From Eledone cirrhosa (Eukaryota), in contig OZ024745.1 in NCBI GenBank assembly GCA_964016885.1, positions 89,404,001 through 89,468,000 on the forward strand: DNA of 64,000 nt, in the 5' to 3' direction. Every line of letters starts with the position of its first letter. Within the stretch, counting starts at the first letter, position 1. A program made the position numbers and the translations under genes. A model generated the notes under the pieces. It was given only the letters and a program-made list of their open reading frames with translations, ran no database searches and was not told the DNA's origin. Shown in pieces: positions 1 through 12,200 of the stretch.

Positions 1-242
1 CAGGAAACTGGGATTAATCCGATATAAAACCTGCGGCTCAGTAGTTACCGATGATGTTGATCTTTTCTTTTTTTCGGTTTATAGCTACTGTCGCTCAGAG
101 AGTGGGATTGGCTCAGTGCACAGTCTTTCCTCACTTTAAAAAATATCTTCACGCACATGCATTGCACGATAGAATTAGTTAATAATTATTAATAATGGTA
201 TATCGTACAATGGCCATACTCGATAACGAGGGTGCAGCCATC
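1..242 (-). mobile_element. Partial copy of an unclassified interspersed repeat (same family as 27936-29030)
   Basis: Reverse complement of ~27936-28178. Carries the internal hairpin arms ATTGCACGATA...TATCGTACAAT. Confidence 0.75.
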
Positions 243-369
243 ATATGTATATATGCAATGAGTTATTTCATTTGTTGCTTATTCAACAAAATTATTTGAC
301 TATTCAAACAGAACTTAAAACGATAAGTTTTTGTTTGGGGATATGTCACTATCTGTAAAACAACTTTTG

Positions 370-430
370 TATTTTATCTGATGAGGGTGTGCCAAAATGT
401 TGCTACCCTTGAAATATATATAATAAAATA
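370..430 (+). ncRNA. Minimal type I hammerhead ribozyme motif (Penelope pLTR type)
   Basis: Stem I TATTTTAT/ATAAAATA, core CTGATGA, stem II GGGT/ACCC, GAAA, palindromic stem III ATATATAT, cleavage triplet AUA. Confidence 0.7.
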
Positions 431-486
431 AATATGGTTTCATAAAGGTAGTTTCCATTTATTAATATTATTGCTATATACATATG

Positions 487-517
<31 letters not shown>

Positions 518-521
<4 letters not shown>

Positions 522-722
522 ATAATAATAAAATTGAAGACTAAAATCCAAAGAGGGCTCGATAAGGAAAATATATATCAAATATATAAGAACCGTAGAG
601 CAAATATTTATTAAAATAACAGATTAAAGTTTAAGCAAAGAATCGCTGCTTTCATCAGAAGATCCCGTTAAGGGTGAAAGCAGCGATTCTTTGCTTAAAC
701 TTTAATCTGTTATTTTAATAAA

Positions 723-723
<1 letters not shown>
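518..723. repeat. Penelope-type terminal fragment with ~50-bp fold-back inverted repeat
   Basis: Arms ~604-654 and ~675-724 around TCAGAAGATCCCGTTAAGGG. 518-654 is the reverse complement of ~49872-50010. Flanked by (TA)n on both sides. Confidence 0.75.
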
Positions 724-754
<31 letters not shown>

Positions 755-1171
755 AAGAGAGAGAGCAAGAGAGAGAGATTTGTGTGTGTGTGCGTACAAG
801 TATATGTGTGTGTCCCCATGAGTGCGTGTTTCCGTGTGTGAGTGTGCGTGTGTTTGTATACATATATTGTTATCGAGCCATCGACATTGATAACATACAA
901 ATGTATATATATACACACACACACATATATATATATATACATATGTGTGTGTGTATATGAGTGTAAGTACATGTATGTATATGTATGAGTGTGTATGTGA
1001 GTGTATGTATGTGTGGGGTAAGCATGTGTAAGTAATCTAATTACACTACATCTGTTGATATTTATCCTCATATCCTATTTTGATCCACAGCCAGGAATCA
1101 CTTTTTCGCTAATATATTTCTCAATTTATATTTTTTCTTTTTTTTTTCATTCATCTCTTCTTATTTTTCTA

Positions 1172-1510
1172 CAGGGTGGTCCGAAATTCTTGTCACCCCT
1201 ACATATTGTTTTAACTTTTATTATTTTTTTGGTTTAATAATATAATATAATATATAATATCGTTAATTATAATATATAATAATATTAACATAATTATCTA
1301 TTTCAGGTGGCTGACACGAGCTCCTACTGTTTGGTAGAGAGGCTGCTTACAAGCGTATGGACATATGATCGTGTACATTCTGGCTAGAGCATGGAGGATG
1401 TGCGACATGACTTCACTGAAAGATTGGGCAAACCAGCTCCTCCGAAGAGGACGATACTGCGTTGGGAACATAAACTGTTTCTCGTTACTTTTTAGTAGTA
1501 GGTGACACAA
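1172..1510 (-). mobile_element. Possible Tc1/mariner remnant
   Basis: TA followed by CAGGGTGGTCCGAAA, resembling a Tc1/mariner TIR, with a decayed ORF end nearby. No partner TIR seen. Confidence 0.3.
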
Positions 1511-1559
1511 ATTTCGAACTATCCTCTAGATTACATAAACATTATTTTGTTTATGTTTT

Positions 1560-1742
1560 ATTGGCAGTAATCGGTACAGCGTCAGACAATATGCTTCGTG
1601 TTCAAATCCCGCCGAGTTTAGCTTTGCCTTTCGTACTTATGGTGCCGATAAAATAAAGCACCAGTTATGCAGTGGGTCGATTTAATCGGCCTTCTCCTCC
1701 CCTAAACTTGCTGACCTTGTGCCTAAATCAGAAACCATTATT
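1560..1742 (+). mobile_element. tRNA-derived SINE (main family, diverged copy)
   Basis: A-box-like TGGCAGTAATCGG, B-box GTTCAAATCC, core TTTGCCTTTC...GATAAAATAAAGCACCAG, 3' CCTTGTGCCTAAATCAGAAACCATTA. Confidence 0.85.
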
Positions 1743-1889
1743 TATGTATTTGAGAAGCATCTTCCATTAACAATATTGTAATATTGTTAATTGGAGTCTA
1801 GAATGTGAAGAGATGTGCTATATGTTGATATATTATCTATGATATTGACTGAGGTATTTACTATGTTTTTAGATTCTCGATAGTATCTA

Positions 1890-2526
1890 CCGGGGGGCTG
1901 AAAGGTTCCCGGTTTAAAGGTATCGGTTTAAAGTAGAGCTGTTATCTTAACACGGGAGGTAGGAACGCTGCAATAAGTGCGTGAATCTGAGAGGGCATTA
2001 TGTTGAATAACATTATAATTAACTGATCCTCATGTATTTTCTTTTAACTGATGCTCCTGTATTTTCTTTTAACTGATCCTCCTATATTTTATTTTAACTG
2101 ATTCTCCTGTATTTTCTTTTAACTGATCCTCCTGTATTTTCTTTTAACTGATCCTCCTATATTTTATTTTAACTGATTCTCCTGTATTTTCTTTTAACTG
2201 ATCCTCCTGTATTTTCTTTTAACTGATCCTCCTATATTTTATTTTAACAGATCCTCCTGTATTTTCTTTTAACAGATCCTCCTATATTTTCTTTTAACAG
2301 ATCCTCCTGTATTTTCTTTTAACATATCCTCCTATATTTTCCTTTAACAGAGCCTCATCTATTTTCTTTTAACAGAGTTTCCTGTATTTTCTTTTAACTG
2401 ATCCTCCTGTATTTTCTTATAAACGATCCTCCTGTATTTTCTTTTAATTTATCCTCCTTTATTTTCATTAAACTGACCCTCCTGTATTTTCTTTTACCCA
2501 AAACAAGGAACATTTCAGCACGCCTG
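1890..2526 (+). mobile_element. Non-autonomous mariner derivative (MITE)
   Basis: Imperfect TIRs CCGGGGGGCTGAAAGGTTCC / GGAACATTTCAGCACGCCTG flanked by TA. Retains a mariner transposase C-terminus, RCNKCVNLRGHYVE* (~1966-2010). Confidence 0.7.
2021..2497. repeat. 25-bp minisatellite, ~19 copies
   Basis: Unit AACTGATCCTCCTGTATTTTCTTTT repeated head-to-tail with no spacers. Confidence 0.95.
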
Positions 2527-3526
2527 TATATACATGTGTGTTTATGTTTGCGTACTGGAATGTAACTTGAAGCAGCTGAAGCATTTTAATTAGTAATTAA
2601 TTAAATTTCAAGATATGGCGGTTACAAAGAAGGCAGGTAGGCGTCAAGTATCAAATTTATAAATAAAGAGCGTAGGTGAAATTGACGGAAGAAATCAAGT
2701 GGTTAATTTGATGAACCTCCAGATAGTGTCAACGGCTCATATCTCATCACTTACACTTTCATCCATGCATATTATATTATTAAATTGTGTTGGCTCAGTT
2801 TATTGATTATTAAAAGTGAGGAACCAATTAAATATAACGGGGTTCACTTGCTTTTAGACAATATTCAATTCTTTCAATTGTTTAGGGGACTATAGACGAA
2901 GCATTGTTTCCTTCAAATATATGAACAGTTCGAAAGTTAGTATTTGTTTTCTAGACTAGTTCAGATTGACAATACCTTGTGAGAGAAAAATCTGCATACA
3001 TGCACATATGTGTGTTTATACGTGTGTTTATATGCTTGTATATGTGTGTCTCTGTTTCCCCTTTTAAACGTTTTCTCCGTGCACATGTCCATGTACCGTA
3101 CATTAACGCATCGACAAGAGCGGTTCAATGAAATATGTACCCGTCTTTAAACAAATAAGTACTGACGTCTATATTGACAACGTGATTACAAGTCTGTTCA
3201 TCGGCAGTTTTTCAGTCCAAAGACTGAAACCAATTAATGAATAACATCTATGTATCTAAATGTCACAGATAGATAGATAGATAGATATGTTTCTCTATTA
3301 GCCACAGGGGCACAAAAGAAGGGGACAAATACAAAGGGGGAAGTTTACATACAATAAAAACGTGTAAAATATTATCACAAATGCAATTTAAAAAGTTAGT
3401 CGATTTTCCCCAATAGGTGGAGACAGTTCATATGGGTAACACATACCCCCGAAAAAATGTACAACCCTCAACTCCAGGAGTACGAAGAGTTTGTACTCCT
3501 TTCCTCTCCTCCTCCTTTTCCTCAAC

Positions 3527-6500
3527 CTACAGGCTGATATAGAGAGAAGGCCCATTCACTCGGGCCATTCTCGCCACTTTCACCCACCTTTCATAAAACT
3601 TGCTGGGGTGCAGCACATCTCTCTCTCCATCCTGATTTTTCTTCCAAAGTGGTATTTGAAAAAAAGAACCAGTTGTTGGCCGGAGAGAAAGGTGTCTGAC
3701 CTCAGCCCTTTCAACCTTATCCACCATACAACCTCTTTCGCCATAGATATCACACAAAGGAAAAACGCCTCTCCTTCGTTTTTGAAGGAGGGTGGCGGTT
3801 TGATCCTGACAATGGACTCAGTGGTCAACCGGATTGGTCCCACCCGCGACAATTTCGTTCTATATAGCCCCACAGGTCAGTGACGCCCGGGCAGTGTATG
3901 AATGCGTGCGCGACGGTTTCTTCGTTACGCACGCACCTCGGACAGATCTTTTTTGCAGGGTCCCTGCCCGGTCGCCCATGTCTGTAGAGCTTGTCTCGAA
4001 CTGGTAGAGCCCCTCGGTAGCACTGCCAGGCCAGGGTCTTTTGGAAGTTGTCCATTGGTCCCGGGCGGAAGGTCCTACCGAACAGACTGGCCAGTTCATC
4101 TTCCTCTACGCCTAGAGTTTCACCGAGCGCGTTCGTACTTGCTGCGGATCAACCCTCTATAGAATGACGAAGTGGAGTCTCCACTGATCGCCGAGTCCGC
4201 CTGCCAGAGGGCTGTGAGCGCCTGAGCACATTCGATGTGCCAGTCGCCCATTTTCCTCGGTCTTTGCTTGACCCAGGACTGCAGCTCGGTCAGCGAAACG
4301 AGTCGTGAAAAGGCTCGCCTCACGAACGGGGCCCACACCGGTTGTCCGGTGAGGAATACGTAGAGATGCCGCAGCCTGAGCGTGTGTTTGCGCATCGTCA
4401 ACCACGGCATCCCCAGCCCTCCGTTAGAAGGGTGTTGGCAGCAGATGGATCTTCTCACCAAAGGAGCCCGCCTCTTCCAAAGGAATTGGAAGAGCGCGCG
4501 TTCCATTTTGGCGAGCGTTTTGGCTGGACAAGGCACGACGGTCAAGCGGTAGTAGATGGCGGACGCTATAAAAGTGTTCGCTACACCCGCTCGACCTTTC
4601 AAGGATAGTTTGCACTCGGCCCACTTCTGGGTGAGTGCAAACACCTTGGCCGTCACTTCGTTCCAGTTCTTCTCTACCTGGAGGTCCGGACCAAACCAGA
4701 CCCCGAGAAGCTTTACCGGTCCTTCCGTCCAGCGTCCGACGACGCCATCGGAAAGCATCGGTTTGCCTCTCCACGATCTGAGCTGCAAACCGATGGACTT
4801 GTCCCGATTCTGCTTCGCTCCTGTGAAACTTTCGTATTCCTTCAGTAAGGTGCCGACTTCCTCGATTTGCGAGGCGCTCGACACCATTACTGTCACGTCG
4901 TCGGCGTAGGCCGACGCCGCTTTCCGCAGTCTAGGTTCCAGAGGGATGCCCTGCAATAGCTCCAACTTCCGCAGTAGTGGCTCGAGAGTCAGTACGTACA
5001 GAAGGGAGGAGAGAGGGCATCCCTGTCGAATGGATCGCGTAATATCGAACGGCTCCGAGAGGTAGCCGTTCCTCTTGACCTTTGAGCAGAAGTTGCTGTT
5101 GTGCATTGCAGCAATCCAGCCCCTGAACACGGGTCCGAAGCCTGCCGCCTCGATCACCGCATCCAGGTAACGATGGTCAACCCTATCGAAAGCCTTATAC
5201 TGATCCAAGTTGATCAGGCCCCCACCGAAGCCGGGTTTACAAACCTTACCCTCTCTATGATGTATCGCATGAGGTGGAGGTTGTCGTGTATGGACCTGGT
5301 CGGGATTGCGCATGTCTGCGCTTCTCCCACCAGGTCCTCGACGACAAGCGCCAGCCTCTTTGCCAACACCTTGGCCAAAATCTGTAACTCTGTGTTTAGC
5401 AGAGTTATGGGCCGGAAGTTGCCTATGTCATCCCCATTATTCTCGTACTTCCTGATTAGTGTGACTACGCCCCCGGTTACAGAACAGGGAATTCTCCCGT
5501 TCTGTTGCCAGTTGCAGTAGACCGCTTCCAGGAGACCGGAGATTAAGTCCGGCATTGCTACGTAAATTTCGTAGGGTAGACCGTCGAGACGTGGAGATTT
5601 GCGTTTGCCGCATTGGCTCAGCGCGTCCCGTATCTCAGCGGCTGAAATCGGGTTTTCGCAGAACTTTGCCTCGCTGTCCGATAGTCGCGGTAGGCCGTCG
5701 AGTTATGGACCGAAATCCATAACCCCTCCCGGCGCGCCGCCCCGCCCGAACAGTTGAGCAAAGTGCCGCAGAAAGGCTGCACACATCTATTTCGGCTCAC
5801 GTTACACGCGTCTGTTTTGGTCCTTCAAAGACCGAATCGTGGACTTGTTGCCACTTTTTCCCTCCGTCACTCGAGCCCAGCTAACACCTTTGGTTGCCTC
5901 GTTTCCCAGAGCACGTATTTTGCTTCTGACAACGCAGTCCTCGTGCTTTGCGTCTAAGAACTGGTCCAAGGCCGTTCTCGTTGCTAGCACGCTGGCTACG
6001 TTGCCACTTCTAATTGCCTCTTCTACTTTATCTACCAGCTCCCTCTCGGTTCTTTTTCTATCTAACGCTAATATTTACTAAAAACTAACGAGTCTAATCT
6101 AACTGCCCTCTTGAGAGAGTACCACCATCAGTTGTTGACAATGGCCCCTGTCAAGTGCTGTTTAACTAAAGTACTAATCCGTCTACTGTAGGCTTTGCTT
6201 GTCGGTAACGACAAGTTCAGCTTCCAGTAGCCGGGTCCTTGTCTATGGGTTCTATCAAGGTTGGCCATGCAGGTCACTAGTTTGTGATCTGAATAGGCAA
6301 CCATGAACATTTGTTGACAGCTTAACATGTCCCTATCCTTATTTCTAACTAGAACCCTATCTAGGTACGATCTAGATGTTCCGCTAAGATTAGTCCATGT
6401 CCACAGTGGCACAGTCGGAAAATCTAGTCGATATCTATCGGCCAGGTCAAATCGGTCGATTAACTGTTTGAGGCTGTTACACCCCCCCCCCTTTATCGGG

Positions 6501-6968
6501 ACATGCTCCCACATAGTCCCAACGTGCATCTAGGATTCCATTCCAGTCCCCCACTAAAAGCAAGGAGCGGGACGTTCCGAGAAAAGTCTCTAGACGTTTG
6601 AAGAAGTCTGGCCGCGGTGTCCCGGATGGGGCATATGCAGCCACCAGTCTGAAGGCTCCACCTTCACTACCGTCAACGTCTAGGACCACCAGTCGACCCT
6701 CCGGGTCCAGATGTACTGTCTGTGTTACGAGGCCCAGGTGTTTCCGCAGCAAAACGGCAACTCCGCCCCCACTCCCCGGTTGACATAGAGATGCGTAGAT
6801 CTCAAAGTCATCGAAGATGGGGGTCAGCTGTCGCTCGCTGTGGATCCTGGACTCTCAAATGGCTACCACATCCATACTGTGCGACCTGAGGTCGTTTAAG
6901 AGTTTGCCCTGTTTCCAGGGCATCCCCAGGCCGCGTACGTTCACACATCCAACTCTTATATTGGCCAT
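3527..6968 (-). pseudogene. Copy A ORF2: APE endonuclease + reverse transcriptase + zinc finger, frameshifted
   Basis: Motifs GDWNGILD, SYLDR, YSDH, FRPITLLNTE, DQYKAFDRV, IRQGCPLS, YADD and CPRC...HAFIHC spread over several frames. Confidence 0.92.
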
Positions 6969-7013
6969 GTTTGTGCTGAAAAGTTAAAAGAGGAAAAGAG
7001 ATCACTCGATCAC

Positions 7014-8937
7014 TCACCCTTCGTCTCCTGGGACCAGGCTGCACGATATCCATGGGGGTGTTGGAGGGGTTGTCTGGGTGGGTGGTGGTTTCCGGCGGGG
7101 TGGGGACGGAGATGTTTGGTGGGGTTTGGTCTGGTGGGATGGGGGTGTCTGGGGTGGCGAGACATTTGAAAAGGACGCAGTTAAGTGGTTTCACGCAGGA
7201 ATTCCCACATCCTTTTCATATGTTTCTTTTAGGGACCTATACATTTGTATCGGGACCCTAATCAGTTTTAGGTTCAGTTTTTTTGTTATTTTTAATAGAG
7301 TGGGCGAAAGATTTCCCTTCGGTTTTCATCGAAGGGTCGTTCGTGATGGTCTCCATTAGTGTTTTGTTTTCAGTGTTTATGTAAGTGTAAGTGTAATTTT
7401 CTTGTGTTGTGTTTGTTTTTGTCTGTAGATCTTGTGTGTGCTTTCGTTTTGTTGTAGGTATTTTGTTTTCAGGAGGTGGGGGTTTTGTTTGTGATGTTTT
7501 TGTTGTTTGTGTTGGTAGTTGTATGTTTGTGGTAGTGTTTGCTGGTTTTTTGCTTTTGTGATGTCTTTTCTTTCTTTTCGAGCGATGGGGTTCTCCCTCG
7601 TCTTCACTGGGTGATGGCGAGATAACCTCATCGGTTGTATCGTCTATGTGATTGGGGAGGGGTATGTCTTGGGGAGCTGTTGTGTCTGTATGTGATTTTG
7701 CAGTGGTTTTAGGTGGAGTGTGGTTGGGTGGGACTGTGTTTGTTGTGGTAATGTTTGTGTGTTGGTGTTATTGTTGTTGTGGTGTTGTTGGTGGTTGTGT
7801 TGTTTTGATGGGGGTCGGCAGAAGAGCCTTTTTTTACTCATTAATTTAGGGCAGGAAGCCCTCAGGTGACCCCTGCTAAAGCAATGGTAACATGAAGGCC
7901 GCCTTCCCTCAACCGAAAAGTTTATGTAGGTGTGTCCGTCCAGGAGTACACGTTGTGGGATCATAGCTATTCGCTCTGGGCTCATTTGCACCAGAACTTC
8001 AATGCTATTCCCATTGAATACATCTCTGGGGGACTTTCCTACTGACAGTATTCTGTCTTCATCAAAATTGATGAAGCCGCACAGTATCCACCATATGTTT
8101 ACCTATGGTGTGATACTCGTGAGATTAATCTTTTGTGTCCTTTTTCCCATGTATGTAGGGAAAACGGTATACAGGTTGGATACAATTGGCGACACAGAGT
8201 AATTTTGGGCCGTCAATTGATCCTTCATGAGTACCGAAATACTCCCAAAAAGTTTGCTTCTTTGAATGAATGCAATATCATTCATTGAATTTTTGAAAAC
8301 CAGTTCAATTTCTTTCTGAGACAATTGGACTGGTTTTCGGGTAGAATTGGAAACTGTCCTAAAAACTATCGTTTTGAGAGCAGTTTCCTTGCGAATTTCT
8401 ACCGGAGAATTGATGCTGAAAGCACCATTTTTTTCGAAAGTGACATATCTCCTTGCGTCCTTTAAAAGTTGTTCGGCATTTGTTATGTCGATATATGTCA
8501 GTTCCTCCTTTTTTGAACTGTCTGTGCAAAGGAGATTTTGTTTTCTTTGTAGAATTATCCGTGTTGGTGGTGTTGTCATTATTGTTGTCATTGTTGTTGT
8601 TATTCTTGTTGTCACTGATGTTGATATTATTCGTATTTTCCTTGGTGTTGGTGTTGCTGTTGTTTTTGTCTTTGATGCTGGTGTTATTGGTGTTGTCTTT
8701 ACTTTTATCTTTGTTGTTGTTGTCATTGTTGTTTTTATCATCATTATTGGTGTTGTTGTTATTTTAGTTGTCATTGAACTGTTTGGTGTCATTTGTGTTG
8801 TTTGGATATGAATTTGTTTTTACATTTTCATTTCGTCTTTCCATTTCCATAGTATCTAGGGAAGAAGACGATGTTGACTGCGAGCTATGTAATCTTACCG
8901 ACTCTCCACCACCATTATCGTTGAACGCAGCGTTCAT
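7014..8937 (-). pseudogene. Copy A ORF1 (nucleic-acid-binding protein), frameshifted
   Basis: CYHCFSRGHLRASC zinc knuckle. The region KTIVFRTVSN...FPTYMGKRTQKI is shared with copy D. Low-complexity Asn/Thr/Gln tracts. Confidence 0.8.
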
Positions 8938-9157
8938 AACGTAATCAAACTTCTTTCGATTTTTTTCCAAAATTCGATGGAGAAAAAGTCTTTCAAACGA
9001 ATATTTCGCCCCTGTAGGGGCGAAAATAAGTTGACCAACGCCTGAATGTCCAGACGGGGGGGTCAAGTTACACAATAATATAAAATTTGACTGAAAACTC
9101 ACGTTTCTTTCTTACATAAATTAACGGAAACTTCTCCGCGAAGTTACACACGTCTGG

Positions 9158-9166
9158 TAGAGAGAG

Positions 9167-9242
<76 letters not shown>
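9158..9242. repeat. (GA)n(GATA)n microsatellite joining Tx1 copies A and B
   Basis: Directly visible. Confidence 0.98.
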
Positions 9243-12200
9243 TTCTTTATTTGCCACAAGGCGCACAAGAAAAGGGCACAATACAAAGAAATGCCAGGGA
9301 TTTTACATACAGTCGTGTAAAAAATGTAAAACAAACAATTACAACAATCGAAATCTCCAACAATCGGAAGCGCTACAAATGGGCTGTTTAATACCCCGTC
9401 GATATAACAACCCTCAACACCAGGAGCATGTTGTGCAAGTGCTCTTTTCTTCCTTTTGCTCTCTTCTTTAACCTACAGGCTTATAAACAGAGAAGGCCAA
9501 ATCACTCGGACCATTTTCGCTACATTCACCCACCTTTCAGTAAATTTACTGGGGTGCAGCGCCTCTCTCTCCACTCTGATTGTCCTTCTAAAGTGATACT
9601 TAAAGAAGTGAATCATTTGTTGTCCGAAGAGAAAGGCATCTTTCCTCAGTCCTCTCAATCTCGTCCACCATGTAACTTCTTTCACTATAATCACTGTACA
9701 GAGGAAAACCGCCTCTTTTTCGTTTTTGAAAGAAGCTAGCGGTTTGATCCTTACTATGGACTCGGCAGACAACTCAATTTGTCCCATACGCGACAGCAGT
9801 TGTTCCGCGTAGTGCCACAGGTCGGTTACGCCCGGGCAGTGTACAATTGCGTGCAGGACTATTTCAATGTCCTGCGCGCGTCTTGGACACGTCCTATTGA
9901 AAGGATCTCTGCCGGGGCTTCCGTGCATGTAGATCTTGTTACGAACCGGTAGAGCTCATCGGTAGCACTGCCAGGCCAGGGACCGCTGGAAGTTGTCCAT
10001 AGGACCCGAGCGGAAAGTCCTACCAAACATACTGGTGAGCTCATCGTGTGCGACGCCCAGAGTCTCTCCCAGCACGTCGTCGCCCTTGTAACGTACAATC
10101 CCTCCATAGAAAGTCGAAGTGGAGTATCCACTGATTGCTGTGCCCGCTTGCCAGAGGACTGTGAGCGCCTGAACGCATCAATGTGCCAGGCGCCCATCGT
10201 TTTCGGTCTTTTCTTTTCCCAGGACTGCAGCTCCGTCAGCGAGACGAGCTGCGGGAAAATCTGTCTCACAAACGGTGCCCACACCGGTTGAGGGCCGGTG
10301 AGGAATACCTGGAGATGCATCAGCTTTAGCGCATGTTTGCGCATCATCAGCCACGGCATTCCCAGTCCTCCGTCGGAAGGGTGCTGACAGCAGACGGATC
10401 TCCTTACCAGCGGAGCCTGATACTTCCAAAGAAACTGGAAGAGCATGCGCTCTATCTTGGCGAGGTGATCACGGGGACAAGGCACGACAGTCAAGCGGTA
10501 GTAGATGACGGACGCTATAAAAGTGTTCGCCACCTCCGCTCGACCTTTCAAGGACAGTTTGCACTCTGCCCACTTCTGGGTGAGCGCAAACACCTTGGCC
10601 GTGACCTCGTTCCAGTTTTTCTCCACCTGGAGGTCTCGACCGAACCAGACTCCGAGCAATTTCACCGGTCCGTCCGTCCAGCGTCCAACGACGCTGTCGG
10701 ATGTCATCGGTTTACCTCCCCACGTACCAAGTTGCAAACCGACAGACTTGTCCGGGTTTAGTTTTCCTCCCGTCAGCGTTTCGTATTATTTCAGTAAGTT
10801 GCCGATCACCCCGATTTCCGAGGTGCTCGACACCATTACCGTCAAGTCATCGGCACAAGTCGACGCCGCTTTGCGCAGTCCCGGTTCTGAAGAGATTCGC
10901 TGCAACAGCTCCAATTTCTGCAGTAGTGGCTCTGGAGTCAATACATACAGAATGGAGGAGAGAGGGCACCCCTGTCGAATGGAACGCTTGATAGCGAACG
11001 GCTCCGATAGGTAGCCGTTCGCCTTGACCTTTGAGCAGATGCTGGTGTGCATTGCCTCGATCCAGCCTCTGAATACGGGACCGAAACCGGCCGCCTTGAG
11101 AACCACTTCCAAGTATCGATGGTCGACCCTATCGAATGCCTTAGACTGATCCGAATTGATCAGAGCCCCACCTGAAGCCGGGTTTACTACCCATCCTCTC
11201 TATGATGTATCGCATGAGGTGGAGGTTGTCGTGTAGAGACCTGGTCGGGATTGCCCACGTTTGCGTTTTCCCTACCAGGTTCTCGATCAAAAGCGCCAAC
11301 CTCGTCGCTAGCACCATGGCCAAAATCTTTAACTCTGTGTTGAGCAAGTTAGGGCCTGAAGTTGTTAATTTCGTCCCCCTTATTCTCGTCTTTCCTGATC
11401 AGCGTTACTACGCCCTTGCCTGCAGCACTGGGAATTGTCCCGTTCTGCTGCCAATTGCAGTAGACGGCTTCGAGGACGCCAGAGAACAAGTCCGGCATGC
11501 CTATGTAAAACTCATAGGGTAGACCATCTAGACCGGGTGACTTGCGTTTCCCGCAGCGGCCCAGATCGTCCCGTATCTCAGTGTCCGTTATCGGTCTTTC
11601 GCAGAACTCGGAATCCGTGTTCAAAAGACGCGGCAGGCCGTCTAGGTATGAACTAAAGTCCATTATCCCCGTTCGGCTCACCAACGTTCTGCTCAAACAG
11701 TCGCGCAAAGTGCTGCTGAAAGGCCGCGCACATTTGCTTGGGGTCAAGTAGCATGCGTCCGTTTTGGTCTTTCAAAGACCGAATCGTGGACTTGTTGCCA
11801 CTTTTTGCCTCCACCACTCGGGCCCAGCTGACAGCTTTCGCTCCTTCGTTTCCTAGAGTACGTGTTTTGCTTCTGACCACGCAGCTTTCGTGTTTCGCAT
11901 CGAAGAACTGTTCCAGAGCCGTTTTCGACGCTAACACTCTAGCAGCGTTGCCACTTCTAAGTGCCTCCTCTACCTTGGCTACTAGTTCTCTTTCTATTTT
12001 GTTTTTCTCTAAGGCTAACTCTCTGCTAAACCCTATCGATTCTACTCTAATTGCTTTCTTGAGAGAGTACCACCATCTATTGTTGACGATGGCTTCCGTT
12101 AACTGCTGCTTGACTAGTCTACTTTTCCGTTCACTGTATGCTTTACGTGCCGGCAACGACACATTCAGATTTGAGTATCCGGGTACCTGTCTATCCTCTG

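Larger units (their letters stand above)
3288..9157 (-). mobile_element. Tx1-type (L1-group) non-LTR retrotransposon copy A, apparently full length, decayed
   Basis: ORF1 with CCHC knuckle. ORF2 with APE endonuclease, RT and C-terminal Cys/His finger. Flanked by (AGAT)5 at 3267-3287 and by (GA)n(GATA)n at 9158-9242. Confidence 0.92.

Noticed and set aside
2021-2497. Regular 25-bp repeats as a possible CRISPR array
   Set aside because: No unique spacers, no cas genes, and a eukaryotic transposon context.
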